Positions 51,132-63,829 of a stretch of 64,000 nt of DNA are shown in pieces (position 1 is the stretch's first letter; each line of letters begins with the position of its first letter). Source of the stretch: Octopus bimaculoides (lineage: Eukaryota); the NCBI RefSeq assembly GCF_001194135.2, contig NC_069001.1:30060601-30124600 (forward strand). The letters are read 5' to 3'. The position numbers were made by a program, and so were the translations under genes. Below the pieces are notes generated by a model that worked only from the letters and a program-made list of their open reading frames with translations, was not told where the DNA came from and searched no databases.

Positions 51132-51274
51132 TTCGAAATGTCCCCAAAATGCCTGATGAAGGCTGGAAAGTATATCAGCCGAAACGTTGTGTTAACAACA
51201 AACAAGATGAGGACAAATATGTGACAATTGTAAATACTGTACATAATTCCTCATCTTTTAAATATAGAACTGTA
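51132..51274 (+). mobile_element. Solo right arm of the 30.4-kb hammerhead element
   Basis: TTCGAAAT.TCCCC..CTGATGAAGGCTGG..TATATCAGCCGAAACGTT..GATGAGGAC..ACATAATTCCTCATCT..AAATATAGA is collinear with 30679-30824. Confidence 0.85.
51148..51193 (+). ncRNA. Minimal type I hammerhead ribozyme with intact core
   Basis: AAUGC-CUGAUGA-A-GGCUG(GAAAGUAUAU)CAGCC-GAAA-CGUU-GUGUU. Stem I pairs as C-G, G-U, U-G, A-U, A-U; stem III is palindromic ACGU. Confidence 0.75.
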
Positions 51275-51545
51275 GCAGATATTACGTCATCATTATTTCT
51301 GCAAATCTGGCGCGGACCCAAGTGTTTTGCCATGTCGGGGAACAGATGATATTCAGATGGAGCCAAGTCAGGAGAATAGAGAGGCTACTCAGCCAGTTCG
51401 AAGCTCAGCAGCCAATGAAACCGTTTCTGCTGGAGCAGTGTTATATTTAAACAAGACAAATTTCATCACTTTTCCTGGGCGTTTCGTCTTCATAAACTTC
51501 CGTAACACCCTCAGCAATTTTATATACTCTTATATGTACAACGAA
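51275..51545 (-). pseudogene. mariner transposase C-terminal fragment
   Basis: Minus strand KRPGKVMKFVLF..NTAPA and YSPDLAPSEYHLFPDMAKHLGPRQICRNNDDVISA (YSPDLAPSD/E.HLF motif). Confidence 0.85.
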
Positions 51546-51569
51546 TCTGTAACTAATTTAAGACCTGCC

Positions 51570-51699
51570 ACTACTACTACTACTAATAATAATAATAATA
51601 ATAATAATAATGATACTGGTGCTACTAATACTGTTACCGCTATTGCCAGTTATACTAATAGTGCTTCTGCTCCTCCTCTTACTGCTACTNNNNNNNNNN

Positions 51700-51730
<31 letters not shown>

Positions 51731-51990
51731 GCTGCTGCTGCTACCACTGCTGCTACTAATATTAGTACTTCTACTACTTCGTGTAACTTCTGAAGTTATT
51801 ACATCTATTATTAATGATGTTACTACTATTAATACTTCTACTACTTTTACTAATTCTACTACTACTACTGCTGATGCTGTTACAACTGCTTCTACTACTA
51901 CTATTACTACTACTACTACTACTACTACTATTAGCATCCCCTTAACCACCACTACCAAAATCCACCACTACAACTACTGCTGCTGCTACT
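51570..51990. repeat. Degenerate (CTA/AAT/CTG)n trinucleotide tract
   Basis: Directly visible; accounts for the poly-T/L/N portions of ORF 51327-52088. Confidence 0.9.
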
Positions 51991-54900
51991 GTTACTACTG
52001 CCAAAAGAGCGTGGATTCTAGGCCTAAATTACGCATTAAGTCTTTCAAATTAGTTCAATTGTCCTGTTGTTTCATATGGTTTGGCTGAGGGTTAACCACC
52101 AACACAGTTAAAGTGAAACAGACTAAGAGTTGCTTAAAAGAAAACCAATTGATTTATATTATCGATCAAAGACGAAGGATGAATGCCAAAGGCGATCTCA
52201 TAGGAATTTAATCAGGGAACGTAGAGGCTCGTAACTTTATACTTTTGTCAGACATAGGAACATCGAGACAGAGTTGCGGGAACACTTGATTACATGAACA
52301 GAAGACAATATTTTACATCTTCAAACATAGATTCTATCAAGTAATTCATTTTCCATCTTCAGTTCACTCTTACACGCTGACGTCCGTATTTTTGCCTATT
52401 TCAGTTTGTTTCTTTCGCTATATTAATGAGAATTTATTGAAGTTCATCAATAAATAAGATAGACATACTATCTCATTATTTATTTCCGCTCTCCTACGCG
52501 CTTGACATTGAATTCTATCGGAAGTGAGATGTGATTAATTTCCACCACTAGTTCGATACAATGAATATACTTAATATAATGGCATCGGTTATAGGAAGTG
52601 AATTAGCATATTCCTGAAAGTGTCGCTGAACAGGATTTTCGATATCTAGCATCCTCCGTTTACTTTCTGAGTTCGAATATTGACGGGACCGAATTTAATT
52701 TTAATTTTATCATAGATCAATGTATTTAGTGCAGCCTAAGTGCTGAGGCCGTCCTGGCGCCTTGAAATAACACGAACAGTTTTGAGAGGAGTACAGTTAA
52801 CTGATTCAATCAAATATGATCATTCATTGTTTCCCTGTTGCAAGCATTTCGTTGTTGGTATCCAAAAAAGTTTGTTCTTATGGTTTGTTTGTTTGTTCGT
52901 TTTTAATTTGCCTATATTTTTTTAGCCTCCCTTTGCTGAAACTCTAGATTACGAGATAAATGAAAACGAAGGAAATCGGAGTCGCCGGCACGTACGCAAT
53001 ACTAAACTTGATGTATGTGCGTGCGTGTGTATGCTTGTGTGTGTGTGCGTGTGTGTGTGTGTATGTATGTGATATTGTATGTATCTATACATATATATGT
53101 AATCAATCAATGAAGCGAAAGATGGATTTGCTAGCTCCATATTCTGCTTCATTCATCGATTATTATTATCTCAACTATCACTGTGGAAATTCTAGCTTAG
53201 ATCCAGCGGAAATAAACCCCAATCATGGATTACATGTATCTGAATTTACATATTTCCAACTTGTTATCTAAGTACAACCATATACACACAGACACATACA
53301 TACATGCACATACAAACATACACACACCCACTCACATAACCACTTAGATATGCATACATACATACAAATGTAATATTAGCCTCCCAGTTTAAAATTTTTG
53401 TGGACACTAGTTTCACCGTTCTTTTATCAAGTGGATGTTGGGCCTCAATGACTAAACATTAATTTACCAAAGCTACATGTAAATGATGGCAATCAGAGCG
53501 AGCCCTGTATAGAAAAGGAAACATTACACACTAAATTTACAGAAACATGTTGGGCATTATTTGCAATGCTTGACGATATTTTGAAGATAACATTACTCGT
53601 TGAGATAATGAGGGTTTCCTAGCGTGTCCGTATTTCAGAATCGATATTAAAGGACATTGTTAAAAATATGTTGATAATAACATAATAAATACAATAAGGT
53701 ATTATTCCTGATGTTTAACAACAGATCATTTACTTTACTAAATTCTTGGAAAGGAAAAGAAAGCCTCGGTAACATCACTTTATATACCTCAGGAAATTAC
53801 CATACTTAATACGACTTCTTGTATCTATAGTAAAAGCCATCCGTTTTCGAAATTAATGAACATTTAAAAGATGAAGCAGATTATCTTGTAGAACATGACA
53901 ATAGTAAAACGTGTTTTTTTTTTTTTTTTGCTGTTTTTTTCCTTTGCAGTCGAAACCCATTATTTTCCAATTAATATAAGATGAAAATACATTTACTTTC
54001 CGGAAACTTCATTCGGAATTAGCATTGGAATATAGCCAGGTGACAAATTCGAATATCTGGCCAAATGGACATAATTTGCCAGAGTTTTGAATTGTCCCAA
54101 TGGATACCTTAACAATGGTGTTATTCGGAAGCCGTTGATTCGTCGTTTTAGTTGTTAATTTCCCAAACCAGCATTGTAAATAACAAATGGCTGTAGGTTT
54201 CTTTAGGTTTTCATGAACCTTTGTTTACAATTTATTATAATTTTATTTGTATTAGCAATGTTTGAAGTCGCTTGAATTCGTAGCCCATTCTTTTCAAATT
54301 TTTCATTTCATTTATTAAAACTTGAGTAAAATTTAACTTCACGTTTAGTTCTCATTGAGAACTAACGACGTTCCATCCCTTATCAACTTGTCTTTTTTTT
54401 TCAGAAATAAATACCTTACTGCTTATATTCTCAAATATACATTTATATTCTACAGACAAAACGGCTTCATTTCAGGCCGGTTTATTTCATATATCTAGCG
54501 AATCCGGAGATTATGTTAGATATTCTCTGCTTGAATCATACAGAATTAAATGTCAATCCACTCCGGTGTGGACTGTCTTTCTTCCCTGTTTAACATTCTT
54601 CTTTTTCTTTCTTAATGGTGAGTCAATCGATACGAACCTACATATGTTTTCAAATAAAGCTTTTTTTACCATGTTAAAAGTGAATATATTGAGAGCTGTT
54701 TGTAATCTTCAATTTCCTCTTTTTTTGATTTGGAAGATTCTGCATGTGTTAAAAAACATATCTTGTTGTAATTCGGATGGGTCATAATACCAATAATACA
54801 AAAACTTGTACTGGTTTTGTTTCTCTTTGTTATCATTTATTTGTCGATTGCTTGCCTATTTAACTAATAAATAATCGGTTGTTTAATTGATAGTTCGTAC

Positions 54901-56164
54901 AGCGTATATCTTTAAATAGGTTACGAACGGTCACGAAATACCTTGTATACACCTAAATGATTGGCAGATTGATCAAAATATTAATCATTTATTGATTAAA
55001 TAAGAAATAAAAAAGTGAAATAAAACAATGACCTATTTACTAATAGTTGTATATCCCAACTGATATTTTTTTTAAATGATTTTCAACTTATTCATCTACA
55101 AGTAATATATTGTATAGGCGTCCGCTTACAATCTGATGAAGAATAAATATGATCAATTGGTTTTTCTACGTATTTAGTATCAGTGTCTCCTGGACTGCAT
55201 TATATACACTTCTTTTCAGCTTTAACAGATTTAGTTCATCTGCATCGAATGTGTAAACGTGTACGTAGGTGATTATGTATATATGAATGTATGCATAAAT
55301 ATGTGTATGTAGATATTTTTATATGTGTATATATGTGCAAAACGTCCGCACAATAAATATATTTACCTGATATACTTGCGTATGTACAATGATAAATTCT
55401 GTCTCTCCAAGACAAGGTGTCTTGTATATTGGTTACAAGATGATATTTATTTCGTACACATTATCGTCTAGATTTCCATCTGCACTGAGAGTGCAATACG
55501 TCTTTCAATACATTAACAAAAACTCAATTATTACAACAATCGTATTACTATCTTCGTCATAACAAATACAAAATTTTCATTCCTGATACATAACACTCGA
55601 AAAACTGGAATTGCTGTGCGTGGGTGAGTCGCATCACTCACTCGACTCTACTTATCTCTATGATATTTTGGAAACACCTCATAAAGAATAGCAATTATTT
55701 CCTTTCCAGTATCGGGAGTGAAATCTGAACGTCGTACAAGATTACAAATCCAGTTCCTAAGTTTACGTAGATGTTTTCTTCTGTTTTCCTTCACAATACT
55801 TTCGTGGAATATTTTTAGAATCGAAAGGCACGTACGACCGGTTTAGACTATGTGGATTGAAAAACAATTACCTATGGAGAGCTTAAATATATACGAGGCA
55901 TATATATGTATGTGTTTAGGGATGAACAACATGTTATACATATGTATTTATATCATCAGGTCATTTAAAATCGGAAGACGTTCAAAAGTATAGGACTTCA
56001 CGACTTTTCACGTGGTAAATATCAAAACACGAAACTATTGTAGGTCGAGTCACCCTGAAACTTCTAATTATTGATTTTACCTCCATTCATCTTCTCACAC
56101 GTCCTCAGACTCAGCAAGCGCCTGGAGGAGGTAGTACTGCCCTGAGACAAGAGAGTGGCTGCTG

Positions 56165-56605
56165 GAGGTCTATGTCTGGTAACAAGACTCTGCACTAGAC
56201 CACACAAGCAGGGGAACCCATTCATGGCTATCAGTCAATTTCTGCGACCGTATCACCCCTAACATCTGACCACCTAACTCTCCAGACTGTAACCCCTTGA
56301 TATTATGGGTGGGGCGCAGTTGAGTGAGAGACCAATAAAGCTCCTTGTAACACCAAAGCTGAGCTGAGCTGAAGGCAACGAATTTGGCAGCATTTAGCAA
56401 CGTAAACAAGGAGACCTTCCAGGAGAGTTGTAGGAAATTCTGGAGGAAGTGGCTGAAGCCAATGGCTATTTAATTGACTGAATTTACTCTTTAGTATTTC
56501 AAGATATCTTTTGTAATTTTGGTAAATGTATCTGTTAAAATGAATTGTCAGTGTTATTTTCATTTTGGCGTAATTTAGATGACATTTTATTCTCCCTACC
56601 ATATA
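56165..56605 (+). pseudogene. Tc1/mariner-superfamily (maT/DD37D-like) transposase 3' half and right end
   Basis: With frameshifts it reads VW*QDSALDHTSRGTHSWLSVNFCDRITPNI*PPNSPDCNPLD..WGAVE*ETNKAPCNTKAEL..AAFSNVNKETFQESCRKF..AEANGYF (QQDSA..H, WPPNSPD.NPLDY motifs). Confidence 0.85.
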
Positions 56606-57054
56606 TAGATAGATGCATATATATATATATATATATACATATGTGTGTGATTGTGTGTCTATGTGTGTGTGTGTTCTTTGAACCTGAAGATATTTGATAT
56701 AATGTTACTCATTGTTTCACCTAACCGATTTATAGCCAGTAGTGAGCCTTAATATAAATATGGTGTGTGAATATATATGTGTATGTATGCGTGTATGTGT
56801 ACCACAGACTTTTATATTGGAGTAAATGTTTCTACCAATAAATAGTAACGTTTCTTGAGGCACTCACGTATCATTTTTGTTCCATCTCGTCGCTGGTGGC
56901 AAACTACTAACAACGTCGCCACTTCTCCTCTGAACATGTGCAACCAGGAATTTTCCTACTGTTCAGGCTTTCCTCCATGTACTGACCCCCATTAGTCTAA
57001 ACAGAACACAAACAGCAAAAAGATCAGAAGACGTATACATTCCCTTATAATAAT

Positions 57055-57273
57055 CCTTTCTATGAAAGTCACAAGGCTTAACATTTGGAGGGAGGGGACT
57101 AATCGATTACAGTCGACCCAATTGTGTAACTGGTACGTAATTTATTGACCGAGAAATTATGACAGGCAAAGTCAAACTCGGCGAATTTGAACTCAGAATG
57201 TAACGACGGGTTAAATACCCCGAAGCATTTTTCCCGGCGTGCTTAACGCTTCTGTCATTTCGCCGCCTTATTA
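57055..57273 (-). mobile_element. Short tRNA-SINE (family B) with 14-bp target-site duplication
   Basis: Homologous to 46148-46382; TCCCTTATAATAAT occurs at 57041-57054 and 57274-57287. Confidence 0.9.
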
Positions 57274-58214
57274 TCCCTTATAATAATGCCCGTAAAAATA
57301 TTGTTCGCAAAAATATTTCCATAATGAAACTAAAAACAACGTTTCTTGTACATATATGACATATTAATGCTGTTTGAATTCTTACCGATGTGGAGAAAGA
57401 ATTAGCTGAGAGAAAATTTAATGTCTCTTATTTGATGTACAGCATTATATTCTATTCTGGAAAATAAATACTGACAAGATTAATTTACTTTCCATGTTTT
57501 ACATAAACCTGGAAACATAATATTCGTCTGCTTCTGTCTCTCCAGAGCAATTTTTTTTCCTGTTTTATTCTTTAATACGTATGATAAAATTATACTTTAA
57601 TGTCGAAAACTATGTTCTGAGAGAAATATTTTCAATTGTTTCTTATATTAATGTTATATTCATTTATGTTGTCCAGTTGGAAACTTAAGAAAAAGTAATA
57701 TGTATACATGAGTTTAAATATAGTTTGTGGGTTTTGAAATCTTTTACATGGAAAATATGATATAATTATGTTTAAAGACACCGCAATGCGTCATTTTATT
57801 TCGCGAGATGCTTTTCAACATACGTTTAGAATATCTCACAAAAGAATTCAATCCTAATATAAAATGTGGCTCCATGTTTACAGGCATTAAGCCAGCAATT
57901 TCGGGTGAAGTTCAAATCCATTATATAGACCCCAGTTTTCAACTGGTACTTATTTTATCGACCCCCGAAAGAATGAAAGACAAAATCTTTTGTAGGTTTT
58001 GAAATATTCTTTTGCCTGGAAAATATGAAATAATTATGTTTAAAGATAAGGCAATGCCTGTTTTTATTTCGTGGGACGTCAGTGGAGCTACCAACATTAA
58101 ACAAGATCGTATGGTATCTCTCTAACTTTTCAACATTAGCATTGAATATCTCGTGAAATAATTCAAACCTAAGATAAAATCTGGCACTCACTGTCCAAAT
58201 CTGTACAGGTCAAC

Positions 58215-58400
58215 AATTTCGGGAGAGGGGTAGATCAATTACATCGACCCCAGTTTTTAGCAGGTACTTATTTTATCGACTCCGACCGAATGAAAGGCAT
58301 AGTAGAAGTCGTGGGTATTTAAACCCAGAACGTAAAGACGGATGAAATGCTGCTAAGCGTTTTGCCCAGTCTGCTAATGATTCTGCCAACACGCCACCTG
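58215..58400 (-). mobile_element. Short tRNA-SINE (family B), decayed
   Basis: CATCGACCCCAG..GGTACTTATTTTATCGAC..GAATGAAAGGCA..GCTAAGCGTTTTGCCCAG..TCTGCCAACACGCCACC. Confidence 0.8.
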
Positions 58401-59442
58401 CAGGCAATAAATACATTGGTTTCAAATGTTGACGCAACGCCAGCAATGACCGGGAATGGGGTAAGTCGGTAACATCGACCCCGTAATCAACTGATGCTTC
58501 TATTGTCGACAGATTCCTATATTATCACTTGTAAACGCAGGTGACATACGGCTAAGTATGTTGTCTGATGTGCTAACAGTCCTGCCCGCGCACCGCATGT
58601 GGGCATTAGATATATTGACAGTCAAACTTGTGTCCACAATCTCCAACAACTATATTATAATCACTAACTTGTACACATTATATAACAATACATATGATTA
58701 CTAGCGGGCCTAAATATATTGTCTCGTAGTTTTCCAAAGATACTATCACATTTCATGCTGCAGAAGTAACTATAGATATCATGGAATTTATAGACATGTT
58801 CAATAAGTTTTAATTGAATCGGAACAAATGAACAGTTTGATCGCTGTGTCAACGGTGTGATTTACACGACTAAGAAACACAACTACGGATTATAGTTTTC
58901 ATAAACGTTTTTCTATGATAGAGTGAATTCTTAGTTAAGCATCGCATTATTTTAAAGGACACTCACGGATAAAATTATTTATCATGAAACATACAGCGTC
59001 AGAGCTGCAAATCGGTTAGATAAAAGATCATTCGAGAAACTACGATCATCTACAACAGAAACATGCTTTATGATTATAGATTAACCTAAAACTATTTTGT
59101 TTAGAGACCTGCTTAAAACCTGGTCAAGAATAAGTATGAACAAATTGTTTTCTACGTACATCTTATCTGTGCCCGGGACTACATTACATACAAATCTTTT
59201 AAAACAGTTAGTTAATATTGTCTTGTGATGATTTATAGATTCTTTTCAGCTGATGCACAACCCATCGCTGGTCAGTTTTGTTTCAATAGGTCTCGAATAT
59301 ATTTTTAAATTTCCAGAGTAATTTTTTTCTCAGATCCTTAGAAGCATATCTGTATTACATTCAGAGCTATCGCAAATTTCTCTGGGTTGACTATTTTACA
59401 TATTATTAACAACATAAAATCGTTTAGTAAAAACCTATTATC

Positions 59443-59945
59443 ATTTTACTTGTTTCACTAACTGTACTGTTATGATGCTGAGGGACGACCTTGAGGAATT
59501 TTAGTCGAACGAATCGAACTCAGTGCTTTTTTAAAATTTGCCACTTCTATTGTAGCTTTTTGCCGAAAGGCTACATCACGAAGCCGTAAACACACCAACA
59601 CTGGCTACTAAGTGGGCGAAATAAAAGAACAAATATACACACACCTATCTATCTATCTAGTATATATAAGTGGGGTGAATGTACGTGTGTGTGTGTTTGT
59701 CTGTCCGCCTCGTGGTGTTTTTGTGTATGCGGTCATGTAATATACATACGTACATATATATGTGCGTGTGTAGACACACGCACGGCAGTTTTTCAGTTTC
59801 TGTCTAACAAATCAATCTACAGTTGCACAACACATCGGTCAGCCCGAGTCTATTGTATACAACACCTGCCCAAGATGAGACGAAGTAGGACTGAATCCGG
59901 ACGCATATGGTTGGTAAACCAGCCAATTACCACACAGCTTCGCCT
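59443..59945 (-). mobile_element. Long tRNA-SINE (family A), near full length, decayed
   Basis: Reverse complement of the tail (TTTTACTTGTTTCA), body (GTAAACACACCAACA; CAGTTTCTGTCTAACAAATC; ACACCTGCCCAAG) and head (TTACCACACAGC). Confidence 0.75.
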
Positions 59946-61094
59946 TTGGCAGCGTGTTATTTTTATACACCACTAGACTACTCGTGACCTGTTGTATCAT
60001 CAGTGGTTCAAGGTACCGGAAAAAACCCGCGTATCTCCGGAATCCGTTGTCCGATTTACGAAAAACTTGTGTTATTCCGTTGTTATTCATATTTCTCGAG
60101 ATCTTTAATTCATAGTATGTTCCTATTGCACCCCAGTTCGCCTGTGTAACATTGCAAGCAAGATTAGTTTATTTTTAATATAATATAGATATGCAGAAAT
60201 GTTATCCTTTATCCAAATAACAACGTGCACTATGGACAAAATTTAAATAAGCCTCTCGATTTACTGAGACTGAATTTCGATGCCGTGAAATAACTTTTTG
60301 AACTACAACCGGATGGTGTATATTTTTTTAACTCCGATTGTTACTATGTATGAATATAAAATATTGTCGACTGTTTTAAATACCTGTATGGATGGCCATA
60401 TATATTCCAAGTCTTTGATTTGGAAAGTTGTGTACTCACTAATATTATGTGCATTCATAGACATTAACGATGTTCGGAGTGTTTAATGGTTTACAGAGAC
60501 ACTGCAATGTAGAAAGACACATGTAATGAGATAACGTAAGAGAGCAAATACAAATGAGATATTTTGTACCCTGGCAATTCACCACAGTTAGATAACCTAA
60601 ACGGATATTTCCTACAAACTGGTCATTGCAGACCGTACAAGCATGAACTGAAATTTCATCTTGATAAGTTAATGAGAGAATCGAACAATTTCTGCTAGCC
60701 TGCCATGATTGCAGATAAATATCTCTTTGTAATTATTCTATTGAGATTTAGTAGTCCGTAAGCAGGTACATGACAGAGGCGGAGCGAATCTTTTGTTACA
60801 TTCAACCCTTTCAAACTTAATCAAATAAATCAGTAATTTCCCTTCTTTGCATCGCTAGAACATCTCATATTGGTTAAAACATTTATGGTAACATGAGAAA
60901 CTATTTTGTTTGATACGACATACTTCCATCAAGAGTAATTCTTTAATCAATGGCAATCAAGATTTTCTTTATTCTGCACCCATCGCAGAAACTCTAACAC
61001 GGAAGCATATTAATTCTGAATAGCTGAAACCCAATTAATGAAGCATTATCGGTGTGTTTCTTCCACATATACTTTGCTTTATTTTGCCTTATGG

Positions 61095-61300
61095 ATAGTT
61101 TCATGATGACAACATTATCAGACTCAAATTTCAGAATGTTACCTGATTTGTTCATAAGTAAAATACTTCATATCTGGGCTTACGATGGATATTTTCCCTT
61201 GTCTGACCCCATCAGCATACCAATATTGATACATAGTTGGATACCAGTTGCAAAATATCCCTTACACTCTATATCCAACTTAACGTGGATGCCTACCTAC
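61095..61300 (-). pseudogene. Possible Penelope-like RT fragment
   Basis: Minus strand KGYFATGIQLCINIGMLMGSD resembles the PLE RT motif YF.FG..L..Q..GIPMGSD. Short, and interrupted by stops. Confidence 0.4.
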
Positions 61301-61667
61301 AACAGCAAATCTTGCATAATTAGCTTTGAGAGAGCTATCTTCTCATATATACACTCTATATCCAACTTAACGTGGATGACTACCTACAAAAGCAAATCTT
61401 GCATAATTAGCTTTGAGAGAGCTATCTTCTCATATATACACTCTATATCCAACTTAATGTGGATGACTATCTACAACAGCACATCTTGCATAATTAGCTT
61501 TGAGAGAGCTATCTTCTCATATATACACTCTATATCCAACTTAACGTGGATGACTACCTACAACAGCAAATCTTGCATAATTACCTTTGAGAGAGCTATC
61601 TCCTCATATATACACTCTATATCCAACTTAACGTGGATGACTACCTACAACAGCAAATCTTGCATAA
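61263..61667. repeat. 87-bp minisatellite, about 4.7 near-identical copies
   Basis: CACTCTATATCCAACTTAA recurs at 61265, 61352, 61439, 61526 and 61613 (period 87). Confidence 0.97.
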
Positions 61668-63244
61668 ATACCCTTTACAAATAGAGCGTAGCAGACGAGA
61701 AACTTCTGTCACGGACACCCAAACACGCATATCGCGTGATTTCATTCTACTGTAAATTTCTAGGGCGAGGCGTCTGACCAAGACGGCTGTCTGTCACATC
61801 AGTGAGATCTGTGAGATTTGATTACCATGCAATGACCTTATTCCACCAACTAATGACTTCCAGTAGAATGAAATCACGTGATATGGGTCTTCCAGTACCC
61901 GTAACAGACACTTCTCTTTTCTTATGATCTGTCTGTCTTTTTATTTTCCATTTACTTTTACAATATAGATTTGGCCAAAAGTCACTCGACAGTAAATCAA
62001 AATTCCGTAAATACATAATATTCAATTTTATTCATCCATTCCAATTATGAATGTTTAATAACTGAATGCTGTGAGTTAAAATCACTTTTCTCTGTTTTTA
62101 ATATGTGTCTATTTATTAGCGAAGTCTCATATAAAATAATTTTTTATTTCAATCTTGGATTTACTATCAGATGACTTTGACCAAACCTGTTTAATAAAAA
62201 CGGTTTCACGTTGAAGTATTTCAAAAACATTTGGTACGGTACAAATTTATTATCCTTTACCAATAAACATAAACTTAAATATATCGCCGTGCGATGACTT
62301 ACCTGGCCGGAAATTTAAAATCGCTGCCAATACTATTCTTGTGAAATAATAACCTATAGATGGATTTTTGCGTGGGCGTTTTTAAGTGAGTATATTGTAT
62401 ATTTTTAAATACTTGAAATGGTAACGTATGGAAATACCGAATTATAATTATATTCAATACCAAGATTGTCTATCTTGTATGTTTAGAAACAAAGTTATAC
62501 ATAATACAGTTCTATGTTTAAGAGATGAAAAAAAGTTTTACATTTTTAGATAAGAAAGTTACAGGAAATTTAATTTCTGAAATTCGAAGTCGTCAATTTA
62601 TTGTCCCAATTCTCAAAAGCTGATGTGATGCTAAACCGACATATACGATACTTTTTCTTGTGAAAGAAACAATTCTTCAACCGTCTGAAGTAAATTTCCT
62701 CTAATGTGCAGAGGACATTTGCCCATTCAAACAAAATATAAATTCTTTTCTTACGATCAATTTCCTTCTCTTCTGAAGTAATATTCTACCACAATATCAA
62801 AAGGCTAGAATTTCACACGAATCCATTCCAGTACCTAGTATTAACAATATAGATTATTTTTAATAGGAACTAGATAATATTCGAAAGGCTAAATAATCGT
62901 TAGATCTTCAAATTTCACAGAGTTAGCAGAATACGTAAGGGACTGAGGGATTTTTATTTGAAGAAATGCGATAGCATATAGATAAGTCATCGTAATTTTC
63001 TCTACAGTTTTTCCAGCTCCGAATATCGGCTTCTCTCGGTGGCCAAAAATATCAAAATAAAATAGCGCTTATCTTTCTTACGAAAATGGACTTTCGACAA
63101 CATTTAGTGATGTGAAGACACGGGAACAAATCTGAAACCGCGTCTTCCACCGGGTTTTAGTACTACTCATCACCACCTTCAGTTCCTCATATTTTCTGCA
63201 ATGAAAATTGATCTTTATTGCATGTTTTATCTATAACTACCCTC

Positions 63245-63618
63245 ATTTACTGGCCTTCAGCCAAGCTGGTGCACGGCGTCGGTGTTTTTAGCGGAATAAA
63301 TTGACCCCAATACATTTTTTGTTTGGTACGTATTCTATCAACCACAATTACGGCCCCTAATTATATAAAAACTAAAACAAAAAACCACGGTTATTAAGTG
63401 ATGGAGCTGACAAATCACAGGCACTAAGACATACATGTGTATATGTATTTATGTGTGTGTGTGTTTGTGTGTGTGTGTATGTACATGAAGGGGTCCGGCA
63501 CATTGTACGTCTACGGAACCCATGCGCAAGTATTAGTTGAAAGATATTTGCCCAAGGTGCTGCACAGTGGGATTGTACCCAAAACCGTTTGATTGCAAAA
63601 AGAAATTCTTAATCACAT
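63245..63618 (-). mobile_element. Long tRNA-SINE (family A), decayed
   Basis: TTGCCCAAGGTGCTGCACAGTGGGAT (reverse complement of the GCACCTTGGGCAA segment), with decayed tail and internal TG tract. Confidence 0.65.
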
Positions 63619-63829
63619 TTTTCTGCGTAAATAAAATATATCCGGATATAGTTGGCAATTTTTTTTTCCCGTAGATATCATAAATGAATTTAAAATACGC
63701 AATCGTGGTAATCTATTCCGTATTACAGAACCAATTATTATATCGAACCATCCAGTGAAGAGATCAAATTACAGTACATCCGTAATATAATCAAATCATT
63801 TCAGCTATAGGTGAAAGAATTGAAATTCT

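Noticed and set aside
51327-52088. 253-aa mucin-like ORF
   Set aside because: It is antisense mariner sequence fused to trinucleotide repeats across an N-gap.
53935-53990. Very strong plus-strand acceptor (T-tract..CCTTTGCAG)
   Set aside because: All three frames stop within 12 codons and no upstream exon could be linked.
26229-61667. CRISPR-like arrays (12-bp and 87-bp repeats)
   Set aside because: They are head-to-tail repeats without unique spacers in eukaryotic DNA, with no cas genes.
62298-62308. ACTTACCTGGC matching the 5' end of U1 snRNA
   Set aside because: The match ends after 11 nt; it is simply the complement of a splice-donor consensus.
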